NCBI RefSeq assembly: GCF_006345805.1
Contig: NW_021833864.1
Span: forward strand, 1 to 53,446
DNA from: Octopus sinensis
Taxonomy: Eukaryota
Direction of reading: 5' to 3'
Length of the DNA stretch: 53,446 nucleotides
Shown here: positions 26,100-40,238 of the stretch, in pieces
Layout: each line of letters opens with the position of its first letter
Position numbering within the stretch: the stretch's first letter is position 1
Notes under the pieces: model-generated
What the model was told of the DNA's origin: nothing
Database searches by the model: none
What the model saw: only the letters and a program-made list of their open reading frames with translations
Position numbers and translations under genes: made by a program

Positions 26100-27730
26100 A
26101 ATGCTGCACTCGCTCAGGAGCAGCAACATATTGGTTCTCTGCTTCACTAATTGCATAGAATTCACCCACAAGCCAAGTTGATGTTAACGATTTTCTAATC
26201 CGTTAATATAGGAGAACTGACAGTATATTGTCCAAAGTAAATCGAAGGTGTATATGAGACAACTAGTAGCCAAACCTCATCTCGGTTGAACTTCTACAAA
26301 GCAGACTGGAAATAGGTTCAACAAGATTTGAAACAAAATTGGTTCGAAAGTCTCTCTTTACATGACAATAACATGAAACGTGAAGAATTAACCTCAGCTC
26401 GCCATAGGGATGCGAGCTGACCCACTCGTTAGCACGACGAGCAAAATGTTTAGAGCCGTTTTACCGTTATTACGTTCTGAGTTCAAATTCCACCGAGGTT
26501 GACCTTGCCTTTTATCGTTCGGGGTCTAAAACAATAAGTACCAGTTGAGCACTGGAGTCAATGTAATCGACTCAGCCACTCATTCGAAATTGCTGGCCTT
26601 CTGCCAAAATTTGAAACCAATAATACAAGCCATATGCATTGAATTTGTTCCAGAGAGAAGATCCAGTACACGCATGAGCATTATTCCTACAGGTAGGAGA
26701 GCCGTTATGAGATCTCAAATTGCTCAAATAAACAACTTTGAGTCAGTGAAGAGTTCCACTAAAATAAGGCACTTTTGGAGATCGGAAATAAATTCAAACA
26801 CTCTCGTGAGAAAAATGGTAGAGAAAACTGCACAGTTGAAAATATAGCAAAATTTACCCTAAGGTCTTCAACAAATTCTTAGCGGACTCCCTCAAGGAGT
26901 TATACTGGAACCATTTCCGTTTGGGATGGTTCTCTTGGACATGTCTTCAGTTATACAGTTGGTCACTCTTACTAGTTACGTTAATGATATAAAAGTATCA
27001 CAGGCAGCCAAGACCCAAGATGATAACGAAAACTATAGTCAGGCCTGAATACAATATACCAGTGGGCTGAAGAAAACAATATGCAGTTCAATGTTTAAAT
27101 TTTTAAAGCACTCACTTTCAGCTCACAAACAGATTGCAATGAGAATATACAGGACGAGTGGTTTTGCAAGCCAGAATCACAAGGAATGGAGGATTTGGAA
27201 ATTTACATGAATAATTATGCAGTCCTGTGTGCAGGCGACTGGCGGGTGTATATTCTGAGGTCATTCAGTGCGAAGATAAAAAAGGAAACCGTTTTTGTCC
27301 CGTGGAGTATATTTGTTAGCCGTCGCTTGAACTAACTCTAATTATGGTCGCCGTAAAGCGTCAAACTAACACCGGGGCTCAAAGCGTCACGATGTTGTTA
27401 CATCAAGAAGATTACCACAATGCAACAGATGAGTCACAGGGAAAAGCTAAGAGAACGGACCTTTCTCTAAAGCAAAGCGGTGAAATATGCAATGATATAT
27501 ATAAGTAAGACATTAGAGGCTTTGTCGCCTAATTTTGGAACTAGAAGCTATATCAACGGCTGGAAGTGAATGTCGTCTGCGTGTGTTTATGCATACACCT
27601 CTTCATATAATTCAGAGCACGACTACTTCAGATGATCGATCCAATTATTTAACTTTTAATTTAAGTTAAAGTGCGGCAGTTATTTGCGATGCTGGACTCC
27701 TTCAAGGATCATATAATGTTTTTGATTAGT
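26100..27730 (+). pseudogene. CR1-like LINE ORF2 remnant, rearranged
   Basis: NFYKADW, GLPQGVIL, SYVND (YADD), QWAEENNMQFN, ILRSF, WSP, KTLEALSPNFG in mixed frames. Confidence 0.8.
26405..26620 (+). mobile_element. Old SINE family B monomer with tail B, inserted in CR1
   Basis: GAGTTCAAATTCC box B, degenerate Meta-like core, tail GCTGGCCTTCTGCCAAAATTTGAAACC. Confidence 0.75.
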
Positions 27731-28259
27731 GACCTGTCATTTCTCTGAATTTAGCTAAACATCTTACAATGTCATTTATTTAATGGATTGATAGAGAGTC
27801 GTATCGTAGACTAGTCATAAAAACAAATTTCATGTTGCATAAACATCTCATTTTCCATCAAAGTCGCATTATAAGGGTTTACAAGGTAGGCTGGAGAGTT
27901 TTCAGTCAAACATATGCCTGTGTGTCCCCTGAAAAAATATGTCAATACGTATTGCGCTATTATTATAGCTTGCCTTCATGCTGTAGCCTGTACCTTTAAA
28001 GTGTAGAAGGATAACTTCACTGTAACTAGAACGGAGGGACCAGGAAAACTAGATAATAAGCGTTAAGTTAAATTTGTTGTGTTGGTTAGCTGAGATCAGC
28101 CTTGATCGCTTCTATATACATATTTATATTGAGAGTGAGCAAGTGTGTGTGAGAGAGAGAGAGAACGAGTGTGAGAGAGAGGGAGCGAGAGTGAGAGAGA
28201 GAAAGCGAGAGTGAGGGAGAGCGAGAAAGAGAGAGAGAGGGAGAGAGAAGAATTATCGC

Positions 28260-28400
28260 GAGCACTCGACTACTACTTTGTTTATCGACCCCGATATAAT
28301 GAAAGACAAACTCTCCTTGGCGGGGTTTAAACTCAGAGCGCAAACAGCCTGACAGAATGCTACGGAGCATTCTGTCTGACACTCTTATCACACAACAAAC
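28260..28400 (-). mobile_element. Degenerate SINE family B fragment
   Basis: ttatcgacccc core plus an 11-bp hairpin gacagaatgct/agcattctgtc at the anticodon-arm position. Confidence 0.6.
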
Positions 28401-28896
28401 TTGGTGTCTATCAATTTACAAATTCAATTTGCCAAGTTCCTTCACATATAAAAAAGAGAAATTACATCCAGTTAAACCAAAAATATATTCATCTGCAATA
28501 CCATTAAGCTTATTTTCTCAAGCTAAACACGGTTTAATACATGGAATTGTATCCCATTCAGTAAAAATAAAATCAATTTAACAGTTATAAATAGAAAGAA
28601 AATTAAAATTTATAACTGAAAGATAGAATTTATCGTTGTCTATAGCCGTGTTATGTTCTTGCTAAGACTTCATCCAAAATAGTAAATGCAAAATTCTATT
28701 TCAACTTATAATCTACTGTTTGAGATAGAAACCATTTTCTCTTTAGAAGGGGACCTAGTTTAAGTTAAGCCACACGTTTAGTTCTAGGGCTGTAGACACT
28801 AATCAAGTTCGTAGAATGCTTAATGTGTCAAAGTTACTCACAGCAAAGTTGCTTTCTCAATGATTCACTGATTTGCCGCCATTCTTTTCCTCGTTC

Positions 28897-29281
28897 TACT
28901 CTTTTACTCTTTGTTTCAGTCATTTGACTGCAGCCATGCTGGAGCACCGTCTTCAGTCGAGCAAATCGACCCCGGGACTTATTCTTTTTGTAAGCCCAGT
29001 ACTTATTCTATTGGTCTCTTTTGCCGAACTGCTAAGTAACGGGGACGTAAACACACCAGCATCGGTTGTCAAGCAATGCTAGGGGGACAAACACAAACAC
29101 ACACAAACACACATACATATATACGACAGGCTTCTTTCAGTTTCCGTCTACCAAATCCACTCACAAGGCATTGGTCGGCCCGGGGCTATAGCAGAAAACA
29201 CTTGCCCAAGATGCCACGCGTTGGGACTGAACCCGGAACCATGTGGTTGGTAAACAAGCTACTTACCACACAGCCACTCCT
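28897..29281 (-). mobile_element. SINE family A, near full length
   Basis: Colinear with other family A copies. Confidence 0.9.
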
Positions 29282-30325
29282 GTTCTGTTTAATAATTTTC
29301 TTTCAGAGACGTTTTTTAATTTTATTTTGCTATCTATTTTATGATGAGTAACTAGAAACAAGACCAGCAAGTTCGGGTAACGGGGTTAAGTCGAATCTTA
29401 CTCACTCCAACAGAGGGGCCTCCATGGACACAACGCTCCCAAACAAACAACAACAACACCATCAAACCACAGCCTACTGAGCACACTTAGATATATTATC
29501 TGAATATAACACGTTATGGTCACTCCTGAAACCACTTTGACAAAAGGCCTGCTTAAAGCTGTAGTTAGACTGAAAAAGGAAGGTCTCCTCCAGGTCTGAA
29601 ATACCCAAAACACTGGAGTTCACGACTTCCTCGGGTGTTGAGAATACGTTATCCGTGTGAAATGCTTGAGTGTATAATGCGTTGTGATATGAAGCTATCG
29701 TCAAATTCACACGAAGCGCTTCGTTATGTTTCATTTTCATGAGTAACATTAGCAACAATTTATTGCAAGAAACGTTTGTTGAAATACTCTTAATACAGAT
29801 TGGTGCCCCTTGTAAAGGTTCGTGGAATTCTGAACTAGGAGTTACTTTTATTAGATTTTGTTGGGCTATGAAAACATTATTATCATCTAACTGATATCAG
29901 CACTATCTATACTGAAAGATAACATGCATAACAACTAAATATCGTAAATGATATAAACTGTGGTGGAGAACAGTTCACACGTGTGCTGAGGCTAACCAAA
30001 GGATTTTATATTTAGATATAGCTGGGGTACTTATATGTACTCATGACTTTTGCTTCGGCTTTTTTCCATGGGCGCATGTAAATATTTCATTTATTTCTAT
30101 TCGTATTTTCTACTGAAGAGGAAAAAAGCTTTGAGATTAATTCCGAAATTGATTCAATATAGAAATAAGGAACTTTTTAAAAAGTTCTGTTGGCTAGCTT
30201 TCCTCGATTTCAGCACAACATACTTCTGTAGTGGGTATATAATAATGTGGAAATTGACGATTTAAAAGTCTGTTATCAGCATATTGGCATAGAAATAATT
30301 TTATTTTGCCCTTCTTTATAATTTG

Positions 30326-30359
<34 letters not shown>

Positions 30360-30456
30360 CAAAAAGGGTAATAACATAGATTATTATTACCAGTGGCCTA
30401 GCACAAAAGACGAATTAGTCATTAGATAAAATATTATTCATATATAGAAAAATATT

Positions 30457-30536
30457 ATCGAGAGTGAAAATCAAAAACATTTACCATTAACGGGATATAT
30501 CGTTAATGGTAAATGTTTTTGATTTTCACTCTCGAT
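30457..30536. repeat. Perfect 36-bp inverted repeat with 8-nt spacer
   Basis: atcgagagtgaaaatcaaaaacatttaccattaacg / exact reverse complement at 30501-30536. Confidence 0.95.
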
Positions 30537-30610
30537 GAATTTATCCCTTTTTGTGTCTCTAGCACTAGGCTTCCTTATTTGGGAGCCCTTTATTATATTT
30601 CTATATGAAT

Positions 30611-30687
<77 letters not shown>

Positions 30688-30694
30688 CTATATG

Positions 30695-30860
30695 CTGGTG
30701 TGTTTACATCCCCGTAAGCACACCAGTATCGAGTTCAGCAAAAGTTAGCGGTTCAGCAAAAGAGACTGATAGAATAAGTCCGGGGGGTCAATTTGCTCGA
30801 CTAAAGGCGGTGCTCCAGCATAGCCGCAGGCAAATGACTGAAAAGAATAAAAGAATATAT
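30695..30860 (+). mobile_element. SINE family A 3' half
   Basis: gctggtgtgtttacatcccc...aaaggcggtgctccagca...tgactgaaaagaataaaagaat. Confidence 0.8.
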
Positions 30861-33289
30861 GTGTGTGTTATATATAAATATACCATATGTATTAATATAT
30901 GAGTGTGTGTGTGCGTGTGTCCCCGTTAATGCATGTTAGTGTGTGTATACTCGTTAATGTATGTATGCCTGTGAATGTGTATATGTATGAGTTTTCGTAA
31001 GCGTTCCTGAAGTTACACGAAAAAAAAAAGCATTGATATATAGCTTTCTGTTCTATTGTAAGTTATCGACCCGGTTTCTCTTGGCTGGACAGAAATTTAT
31101 ATGGTTTATCCTTTACAAAAGACTCTGGCACTTGGCATGTTGTAATGAATGATTCTGTGACAGCTTCAATGATATTGCGTAAAACTGACAGATTTCCCCC
31201 TTCTTATTCCAGGCGTTATGAGACTGCCCGTTCTATGCTATCTTTAGCTGATTCATTCATATTTATTTTTTCATTCAATATTCATTTCATTTGTTATTCA
31301 ACTAGTCGAAGACATGATGAATTCCATAGTTTGTCTGTACTCTGTTAATATCATCTCGTCTCAGACTCTATTTTCTTTTCATACGGGACGGGGCATCGTA
31401 GTCCTCCCAGATGATATTTTCCATCAGGTTTCATAATTATGAGTTGACATATAGCTTCAACAAATTTCCTTACATCAGTCTTATTAAATGAATATGTTTA
31501 TTGTCGTCGTTGTTTAGCTCAAGGTCAGCTCTATAACCAAAGAAGTTTAGCTATGACAATCCTTTTCTTATGCATTGTGAATTTAAAACTACATTAGCCA
31601 ATGCATAACATTAATTCTAATGCAGTAAATGGTGATTTGAGAAGGATTTACTGGCTATTTCTAGCGTTTTGGGCGATCATATAAAGGTTCCAGCCTAGGA
31701 ACCTATATGGTCACTCTGTTATACTTGATTCTGCTATACTTGATTCAGATCTGAAACTACCATCTTAAAAAAGGACATGGTGGGTAATGTGATCCTGATT
31801 CCTCTGCATGGGAATCCGGAATTAAAATACCTTTGGCTATAGACTCACTGGATCAACACTGACCTGGGGTTAAACCACAACAGTAACAACAACATTCACG
31901 TAAAGATTTACTTGTTGGCTCATAAATTATTGTGAATTTATTAGTCGTAGTGCCTCCATGGCCCAGATGGGAGACGGAGGATTATATTTTTCAAAACGCT
32001 AGTAACTTTGTTGAAAGTCCGTCCCCACGTTATAATGCTATATACTCTGGTACTAAATATATTGAACAGCTGAATGTAATCTACATATTATTTTAACAGA
32101 ACAATATTTGTACGCTAAAATTGGGAGCAAAGCTTTCGTTAATTATTTTTTAATTTATTTTATTTATGTTTCAGTAGAAATGATTTTTTTCTGTAGCATT
32201 TCTGAAAGTGAGTTCCAGGTTCCATTACAAAAACCCTAAGATTTTGCATGGCAGAGGGTTTGCTAAAAAAATTTATCAAAATTTGTTTTCGAAGTAGGTT
32301 AATTTTTTTTTTTTAATTTCCTCTTGAGAATAAATTTTCTCTGCAAACTACCTTTGTTTCATTAAAGAATATACCGGTATAGGGTTTGCATTGTTTGGAA
32401 AATCATGTAAAAGGTTCTTGAGAACCACTGGTTTATTGATTCTGTCCCTGTGAAATTAAAAGACTTGGAATTTGAACTACAATGAAAACCATACAATTCA
32501 TCTATAGAGGCGTTTCTTTAAATTTGTTACCTTTATAATATTAAAGATTATTAAAGATTTCGGAGTTGTAAATGGGACAAAACAAAGTTATCCTTCAATA
32601 TCGTGCTATGTCTTTAACAAAGACACTTTTCTTTCAGTGTTCCAGTCTGTCATTAATTGCTTTATTTTCTGATAGATGTCACTACATGAATAAAAGTTTA
32701 AAAAAAGAAAAAAACTGTGTTCCTCGCCCTTCAACTTTGATGTCGTACATCATTTGCCATGTAGTGGTGATAAAAAAAAAATTTATCATGTGTTATGTCA
32801 GAAATGAAAAACGCTATTATATATGGTGAGAACAGACACACTTATGACTTAACTTGCACTATACTTAACTTTCACTATACTTAACTTACACAGTAATGTA
32901 TATTATTAACAGCAATGTTTCAATTATGTTCTTGCTTAAAGCAAAACTTCGCATTAAGAAAATAAGATTATGTAGCGTCAGGAGAGCTCATTTCACATGG
33001 GAGTGGAAACTGTTACTTAGACAGTTGCACAAAGTATATAAATACAACTATTATCATCATCATACTTCAGGCTGTGATTGAATCAGCGAGTATTTCTATC
33101 AGATGTCAAGAATGGCAATGCAATTAAAGTGGACAATGTAGATACGAACGAACTCCGTTACATCATTATTAGATGTAATGGTTTGACGCTTAGGATGGCA
33201 GCATTGATAGCGTCTAGTGTCAGGTTAGTGACCTGTCAGAAAATCATAAGTAGTTATGAGTAATAATAGCAAACATGGTTGATGTTGTT

Positions 33290-33865
33290 ATCTTCCATAT
33301 TCATCCATTTTAACACGGAAGTGTGAAGAGTTCGAGAGGATTCGTCGTGTCATCAAATCTGTTTCCCCAACCCCTTGTGGACACAAGAAGTTAAAGAGAA
33401 ACGGATAAGAGAGAGAGTCTCTATCTTGTAGATTGTTTGGCAGAATGTTAAATAAGTGAAGATCCCTGAAAGCCGAGCTATTAGTATACTGGGCCTTATT
33501 CGAGATGGAGAAAATTGGATCTTTGGTATTATGCGGTGCCATCCAGTCGGTGCTTGGTATAGCTTTCAGTTCCAAAGTTAGGAGCTAGATCTTTCAAGGA
33601 TCTTCCATGTGTATATCACTGCATATCTTTCACGCCTTCTCTCTAGGGAGTAGAGTTTCAGTGCTTTTAACCTCTTCCACTAGCTCATCTGTTTCACAGA
33701 GTCACTCTTTATTCGTGTAGTGACGCTGACTTACTTCAAGTTTGACGCTCAGCAGCGATCACAATAGGGAGCAGTAATCCAGACGACTGAGAGCGAAAGC
33801 TCTCCATAGCAATAGCATGCTATCCTTTTTCTGGTTTTAATGATCCATCTAATTGCTCGCCTGCA
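33290..33865 (-). pseudogene. CR1-like LINE ORF2 3' remnant
   Basis: MLLLWRAFALSRLDYCS, LKALKLYSLERRRERYAVIYTWKIL, LFNILPNNL. Confidence 0.85.
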
Positions 33866-34257
33866 CCGGATGGTGATTCGACGATTTACCCTCACAGCTG
33901 CATGGCCATGTCTCCCAGAATGTTCGTCAGCATCGACATATTTTTGGCCATCTTAGAAACGCCTGAATCACTGGCACACTTGCGTGCGGCTCATACACTC
34001 CTGTCTTTCTGAAACTTTACGCACGCCTCTGAGCAGGTATCACGACAACTTTCCCAGTCATGGTCAATGCGGCGATCACACGCTACACACCTTCCTTCCA
34101 AGCACTTCAGTGCATAGTGGAAGTGAGCTCGAACGTTAAAACTTTGTGCACATGCACAACAGAATCCAAGGTCAATCTGTGGCAAGCGGCTTCACTCTGC
34201 ATGCTTTAGCTTCGTTACTATGACAACCGTCCGGATATTTATTGATCAGACCTCGTA
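33866..34257 (-). mobile_element. mariner 5' fragment (TIR + HTH region), different family from 9579
   Basis: TIR TACGAGGTCTGATCAATAAATATCCGGAC (34257 leftwards); DTCSEA..., ECMSRTQV, FRRF*DGQKYVDADEHSGR, AAVRVNRRITIR. Confidence 0.8.
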
Positions 34258-34647
34258 TATCAATAACATTGTATATACAGGTATGTGTGTATGCAAATAT
34301 ATATACATACACATCTATATTTATATATACAAACGTGTGTGTGTGTGCGTGTGTGTGTGTGCGTGTATGTGTGTGAGAGAGTGTGTATGTGTCTAATTAT
34401 ATGTATGTATGTATGAACGTGAGTGTGTATGCATGTACGTATATTTATATAAGATAATATGCATGTATACAGATGTACACACACATGTATATATATATGT
34501 ATATGAGCATAGATATAAGATGCACACACGCATCCATATATGTGTTTGTATGTGTTTGAAATACAGTGATGTATATCAACAAAAGGACAGAGGTAAAATA
34601 CTATTTCATGCTCAGTACGTATACGATATTGCATCAGTTCTTATTTC

Positions 34648-34680
<33 letters not shown>

Positions 34681-34842
34681 CAGCAGCAGCGATTAATTGC
34701 CTTGTCTTTTCTATAGCGTGTGTTTGATTATGCGACCTTAATGAATGGCGGAGGTGGCATGAAGTAATGAACTGACGTCATGTGATAATAGTGAATGGAT
34801 TGAGATGAACTGATGAACTGCGCGACACATTTGTCTCCCATG

Positions 34843-34874
<32 letters not shown>

Positions 34875-35009
34875 ATACAGTTGTGTAAAGAAAGAATATG
34901 TAAATGATAGGAAGTGACAAGGATGTCACAGCAAGCATACGATGTGTGACTGGGGCGATGCGTATGAAAAGCAAGTTACTCATAAAAAATAATTATCTAC
35001 ATGGTTATA

Positions 35010-35990
35010 TGTATGCATGTGTGTATGTATGTATGTATGTGTGTATGTATGTATGTATGTATGTATGTATGTATGTATGTATGCATGTATGTATGTATAC
35101 ATGTATGTATGTATGTATGAATGTGTGTATGTATGCATGTATGTATGTATCATGTATGTATGTATGTATGCATGTGTGTATGTATGTATGTATGAAGTGG
35201 TATGTATGTATGTATGTATGTATGTATGTGTATTGTATGCATGATGTGTGTATGTATGTATGTATGTATGTATGTTATGTATTGTATGTATGTATGTGTA
35301 TGTATGTATGATGTATGTATGTATGTATGTACGTATGTATGATGTATGTATGTATGTAGTATGTATGTATGTATGTATGTATGTATGCATGTGTGTATGT
35401 GTGTATTGTATGTACGTATGTATGTATGTACGTATGTATGTATGTATGACGTATGTATGTATGTATGTATGTATGTATGTATGTATGTATGTATGTATGT
35501 ATGTATGTATGTATGTATGTATGCATGTGTGTATGTATGTATGTATGTATGTATGTATGTATGTATGCATGCATGTGTGTATGTATGTATGTATGTATGT
35601 ATGTATGTATGTATGTATATATGTACGTATGTATGTATGTATGTATGTATGTATGTATGTATGTATGTATGTATGTATGTACGTATGTATGTATGTATGT
35701 ACGTATGTATGTATGTATGTATGTATACATGTATGTATGAATGTATGTATGTATGTATGCATGCATGTGTGTATGTATGTATGTATGTACGTATGTATGT
35801 ATATGTATGCATGCATGTGTGTATGTATGCATGTATGTATGTATGTATGTATGTACGTATGTATGTATGTACGTATGTATGTATGTATGTATGTACGTAT
35901 GTATGTATGCATGTGTGTATGTATGTATGTATGTATGTATGTTATGTATGCATGCATGTGTGTATGTATGTATGTATGTGTACGCATGCA
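35010..35990. repeat. ~1-kb degenerate (TATG)n microsatellite
   Basis: Direct reading; source of the 335-, 324- and 286-aa pseudo-ORFs. Confidence 0.97.
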
Positions 35991-36609
35991 TGTTTATGCA
36001 TGTGTATGCGTGTGCGAGTCTAGGTGGAGGTGTGGTTGTGTGGTTACGTACTTCTCTTCTCCCCAACATGGTTTTGGGTTCAATCACGCTGCACGGCTCT
36101 TTGTGTAAGTCACTTCTATAGGAGCCGCAGACTAAGCAATGTTTTCTAAGTGTATCTGGCTGAAAAAAAATTGTGCGAAAACCCGTCCTATACACACACA
36201 CACACACACATACACACACATACACACACACATACACACACACACACACCTACACACACACATACACACACACATACACACACACACATACACACACACA
36301 CACACACACGCATGCACACACACTCATACACACATTTCACGCACACGTATATACATATTTATACACACATATATATATATACATGTATATGTATATATAT
36401 GTATATACATATATACCCAAGAAAAAAGCTACAAGAATGGATCGGTAGTTTAGTACAATTGTTTCATACTATAAACATTTTATTTAAAGCTGCAAATATT
36501 ACAGCAAATATAATTTTATGGTTAATACCATAAAGAATTCTGGTGCATCTAAGTTAAGTACCATATACATTTGAATTCATTTGAATCTTAATTGTTTTGC
36601 TGAAATTAT

Positions 36610-36641
<32 letters not shown>

Positions 36642-38219
36642 TTCAACAATTGAGGGCAAAATTAATTAATTATTAATCAATTTCACCAAGTGATAGAAAT
36701 GTTGTTTTGACTAATCTTGAAACGTACGTTCTCGAATAACCTAGCATTTGATTTTTCGATGTCCTTACCCCAAACTTTTGTGAGTTGAATTAAGCAAACA
36801 CTATATATGAGAGAGATTTTCTTTAAGTATTAGAAATAGCCTTAAAAAGTTTTTTTAGCTGCTATTTCTAATGAGTTCCTATGCGGCAAAGTAATTATTT
36901 TACTAAGCCCTTTTATAATATATATATATATAAATACATACATACACACATGTACATAAATACACACATATATATATCGTTCTGTCATAATTATCTATAT
37001 GCATATATGCACGTCTTTTCTATTTTTCCATATTATAACTTTTCCACTGATAAGGGAGCCGACTACCAACTAAGATACAAGGCTCCATCTTTGAGATGTA
37101 GTTAACAGACAAATTCGCATTTAGAACTTGATGCATGTATGTATGCATATATGTATGTGTATAGTGAGGGATGTATGTGTGTCTGTGGTACCCGCATTTT
37201 TTGTTCTGCTTGTTTGCATCCCTGTGATCCGGAGGTTCGGCAAAAGAATCCGATAGAATAATTTGCAGAAATCTATACGTATACCACACACCACACACGC
37301 ACGTGCACAAACACACACACGTGTATATATAAATATATATATATATACATATATATATATGTATATATAAGTATATATTGTTATATATATGTATGTATAT
37401 TATATATATATATCTATATATATGTATATGTATGTATGTATAGTGTATGATATTATAATATAATATAAATATATATGTATATATGTATGTGTATGTTATG
37501 TTCTATACAAAACACACACGTGTATATAGAAATATATATATACATATATATATGTATATATATTATATATATATATATATATATAATATCATTATATGTA
37601 TATCATATTATATATGTATGTCATGTATGCATGTATAATATGTGTATATATATATATTATATATATATATTATATATATAATATATAATTATATATATAT
37701 ATATCGATAATATATTATTGTATGTGTGATATATATTATATATATATTATATTATATATATATATATATATATTGTAGGTGTATATATATATATATAGTA
37801 TGCGTTTACTAGTTTCAGTCATTATACCTTGCAGCCATCAGACTAATAAAACATACGCATCGTGCTTACATAAAAGGTTAAGAAGAAGAGGCAGGGGAAG
37901 GTGGAGTGAACGAAGGAAAAGTCTGGTAAAGGAAGTGCGAGTATTAACCCCCCCCCCCACGCCAGCACAGTCCCACCACCTCTGTACATTGTATTTTCGT
38001 TGGGTAGACACAGAAATGATTTGTTGAAGGAAAAGGTAAGATTTAAAATACAGGTAAATCGACGTCACACAAAGACACAAGTATTCTTGCAGTGAGGTGT
38101 GCGAGTTGAACATACATGAAGGTAGGTGTACATGAAATGATATGCGTACCTGTGAACACGTGGTGTAGGTGTCAGAGGTGTCAAACAGGAACACGATCTT
38201 ATGCTCAGTTCATTGAATG

Positions 38220-38710
<491 letters not shown>

Positions 38711-39004
38711 CACGTTTCATAAGTGACATGTTTAGATATGCTGACAAGAATTATGTCGTTGTATAGTCATTTTTTTTTATTATTTAAGAATACACTAATG
38801 AACTCTTGTAATCAGTTTCCGTTTACTTCTTAAGAATGGTTTTTATGTAGTGCTTTTAAGTTCCAATGCAATCATGCAGTATGCAAAATGTCAGTTTGCG
38901 AAATTTGTCTATAATTACAGTAGTATATACACACACGCGCGTGCACACATTTATATATTTATATATGTACGTATGTATGCAAGTGTGCACGTGCGTGTGC
39001 GTTC

Positions 39005-39155
39005 ACTCTTTTACTCTTTTACTTGTTTCAGTCATTTGACTGCGGCCATACTGGAGCACCGCCTTTTTTTAGTCGAGCAAATCGACCCCGGGACTTATTC
39101 TTTTTGTAAGCCCAGTACTTATTCTATCGGTCTCTTTTTACCGAACCGCTAAGTG
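39005..39155 (-). mobile_element. SINE family A 3' half
   Basis: Matches the family A tail, truncated at gaaccgctaagt. Confidence 0.85.
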
Positions 39156-39592
39156 TATTTTTTCTGTAACTTTTACTGTATACATCTTCAGTTCTTTAAT
39201 TTTCGTTACCCACCAAGAATAAGGCCACGCTGGAGCACTCAATGCCTATGCAGTAAAGTGACATCATTACTAATACCTTATTTAACATGAAACTGTTTTC
39301 TTGTTTTTTTTTCTTGTATTTCTTTCTTTTGTTTTTGTATGATTTATCTCGTTTGTTAAATTGAGGCTGGAAAATTGTAAGTATATAATCTAGATGTGGC
39401 TTTAGAAAAACAAAAAAATCTTCTAAACAGGCTCTCAAACTTAAACACACGTATGCATGTGTATGTACGTAGAGACGTGCGCACGCACACACACACACAT
39501 GTGGTTGTGGCGTACCATAGTTTGTATGCAAGAAATTGTGTACAAATGGTACACTGTATATATTAACCAAATAAAGGCACATAATGAATAAA

Positions 39593-39653
39593 TTGCATTA
39601 CTGAAAGAAGAATGCAATGGAGATTTGTTGAACGAAACGTTGTCTAAATGTAA
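39593..39653 (+). ncRNA. Degenerate hammerhead-like motif
   Basis: TTGCATTA-CTGAAAGA...GAAAC-GTT-GTC-TAAATGTAA; stem I pairs over 8 bp with one bulge; stem II weak. Confidence 0.3.
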
Positions 39654-39881
39654 TTTCGCTTACCACTTATTTGAAGTTTATCAAAAAGTCACAAAATAAC
39701 TTCTGCATCGCTTCTCTCTACTAAGGACAGAGCTAGAATTGTTAGGCTGGATTAGTTTTGAGCATTTGAAAGATTTTGCAACTGAAAACAAGTTGCTGAA
39801 AACTTTGTAAAGAATGAATTTAAAGTTATAAGTCGTCAACAATATCAACTATTTGCATCTTTCGTGTGCTCTGCTGAAATA

Positions 39882-40107
39882 TTCTTTTTATTCTTTTTAT
39901 TCTTTTACTTGTTTCAGTCATTTGACTGCGGCCATGCTGGAGCACCGCCTTTAGCCGACACAATCGACCCCGGGACTTATTCTTTGTAAGCCCAGTACTT
40001 ATTCTATCGTTCTCTTTTGCCGAACCGCTAAGTGACCGGGACGTAAACACACCAGCATCGGTTGTCAACCAATGCTAGGTGGACAAACACAGACACACAA
40101 ACACACA

Positions 40108-40189
<82 letters not shown>

Positions 40190-40200
40190 ATATATAATAT

Positions 40201-40238
<38 letters not shown>

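Noticed and set aside
29500-29540. GFRSDHN as a LINE endonuclease SDH or RT QxGFR motif
   Set aside because: Isolated; no other APE or RT motifs flank it.
34980-36249. Long ORFs (335, 324, 286 aa and others) of HTYI/MYVC repeats
   Set aside because: Translations of (TATG)n/(CA)n, which lack stop codons; the same applies to most ORF-track entries (e.g. 17515..18006, 43697..44326, 52807..53349).
36719-36730. GAAACGTACGTT hammerhead 3' half (similar GAAACCGGT near 25920, minus strand)
   Set aside because: No recognisable CUGANGA or stem I upstream; at most a relic.
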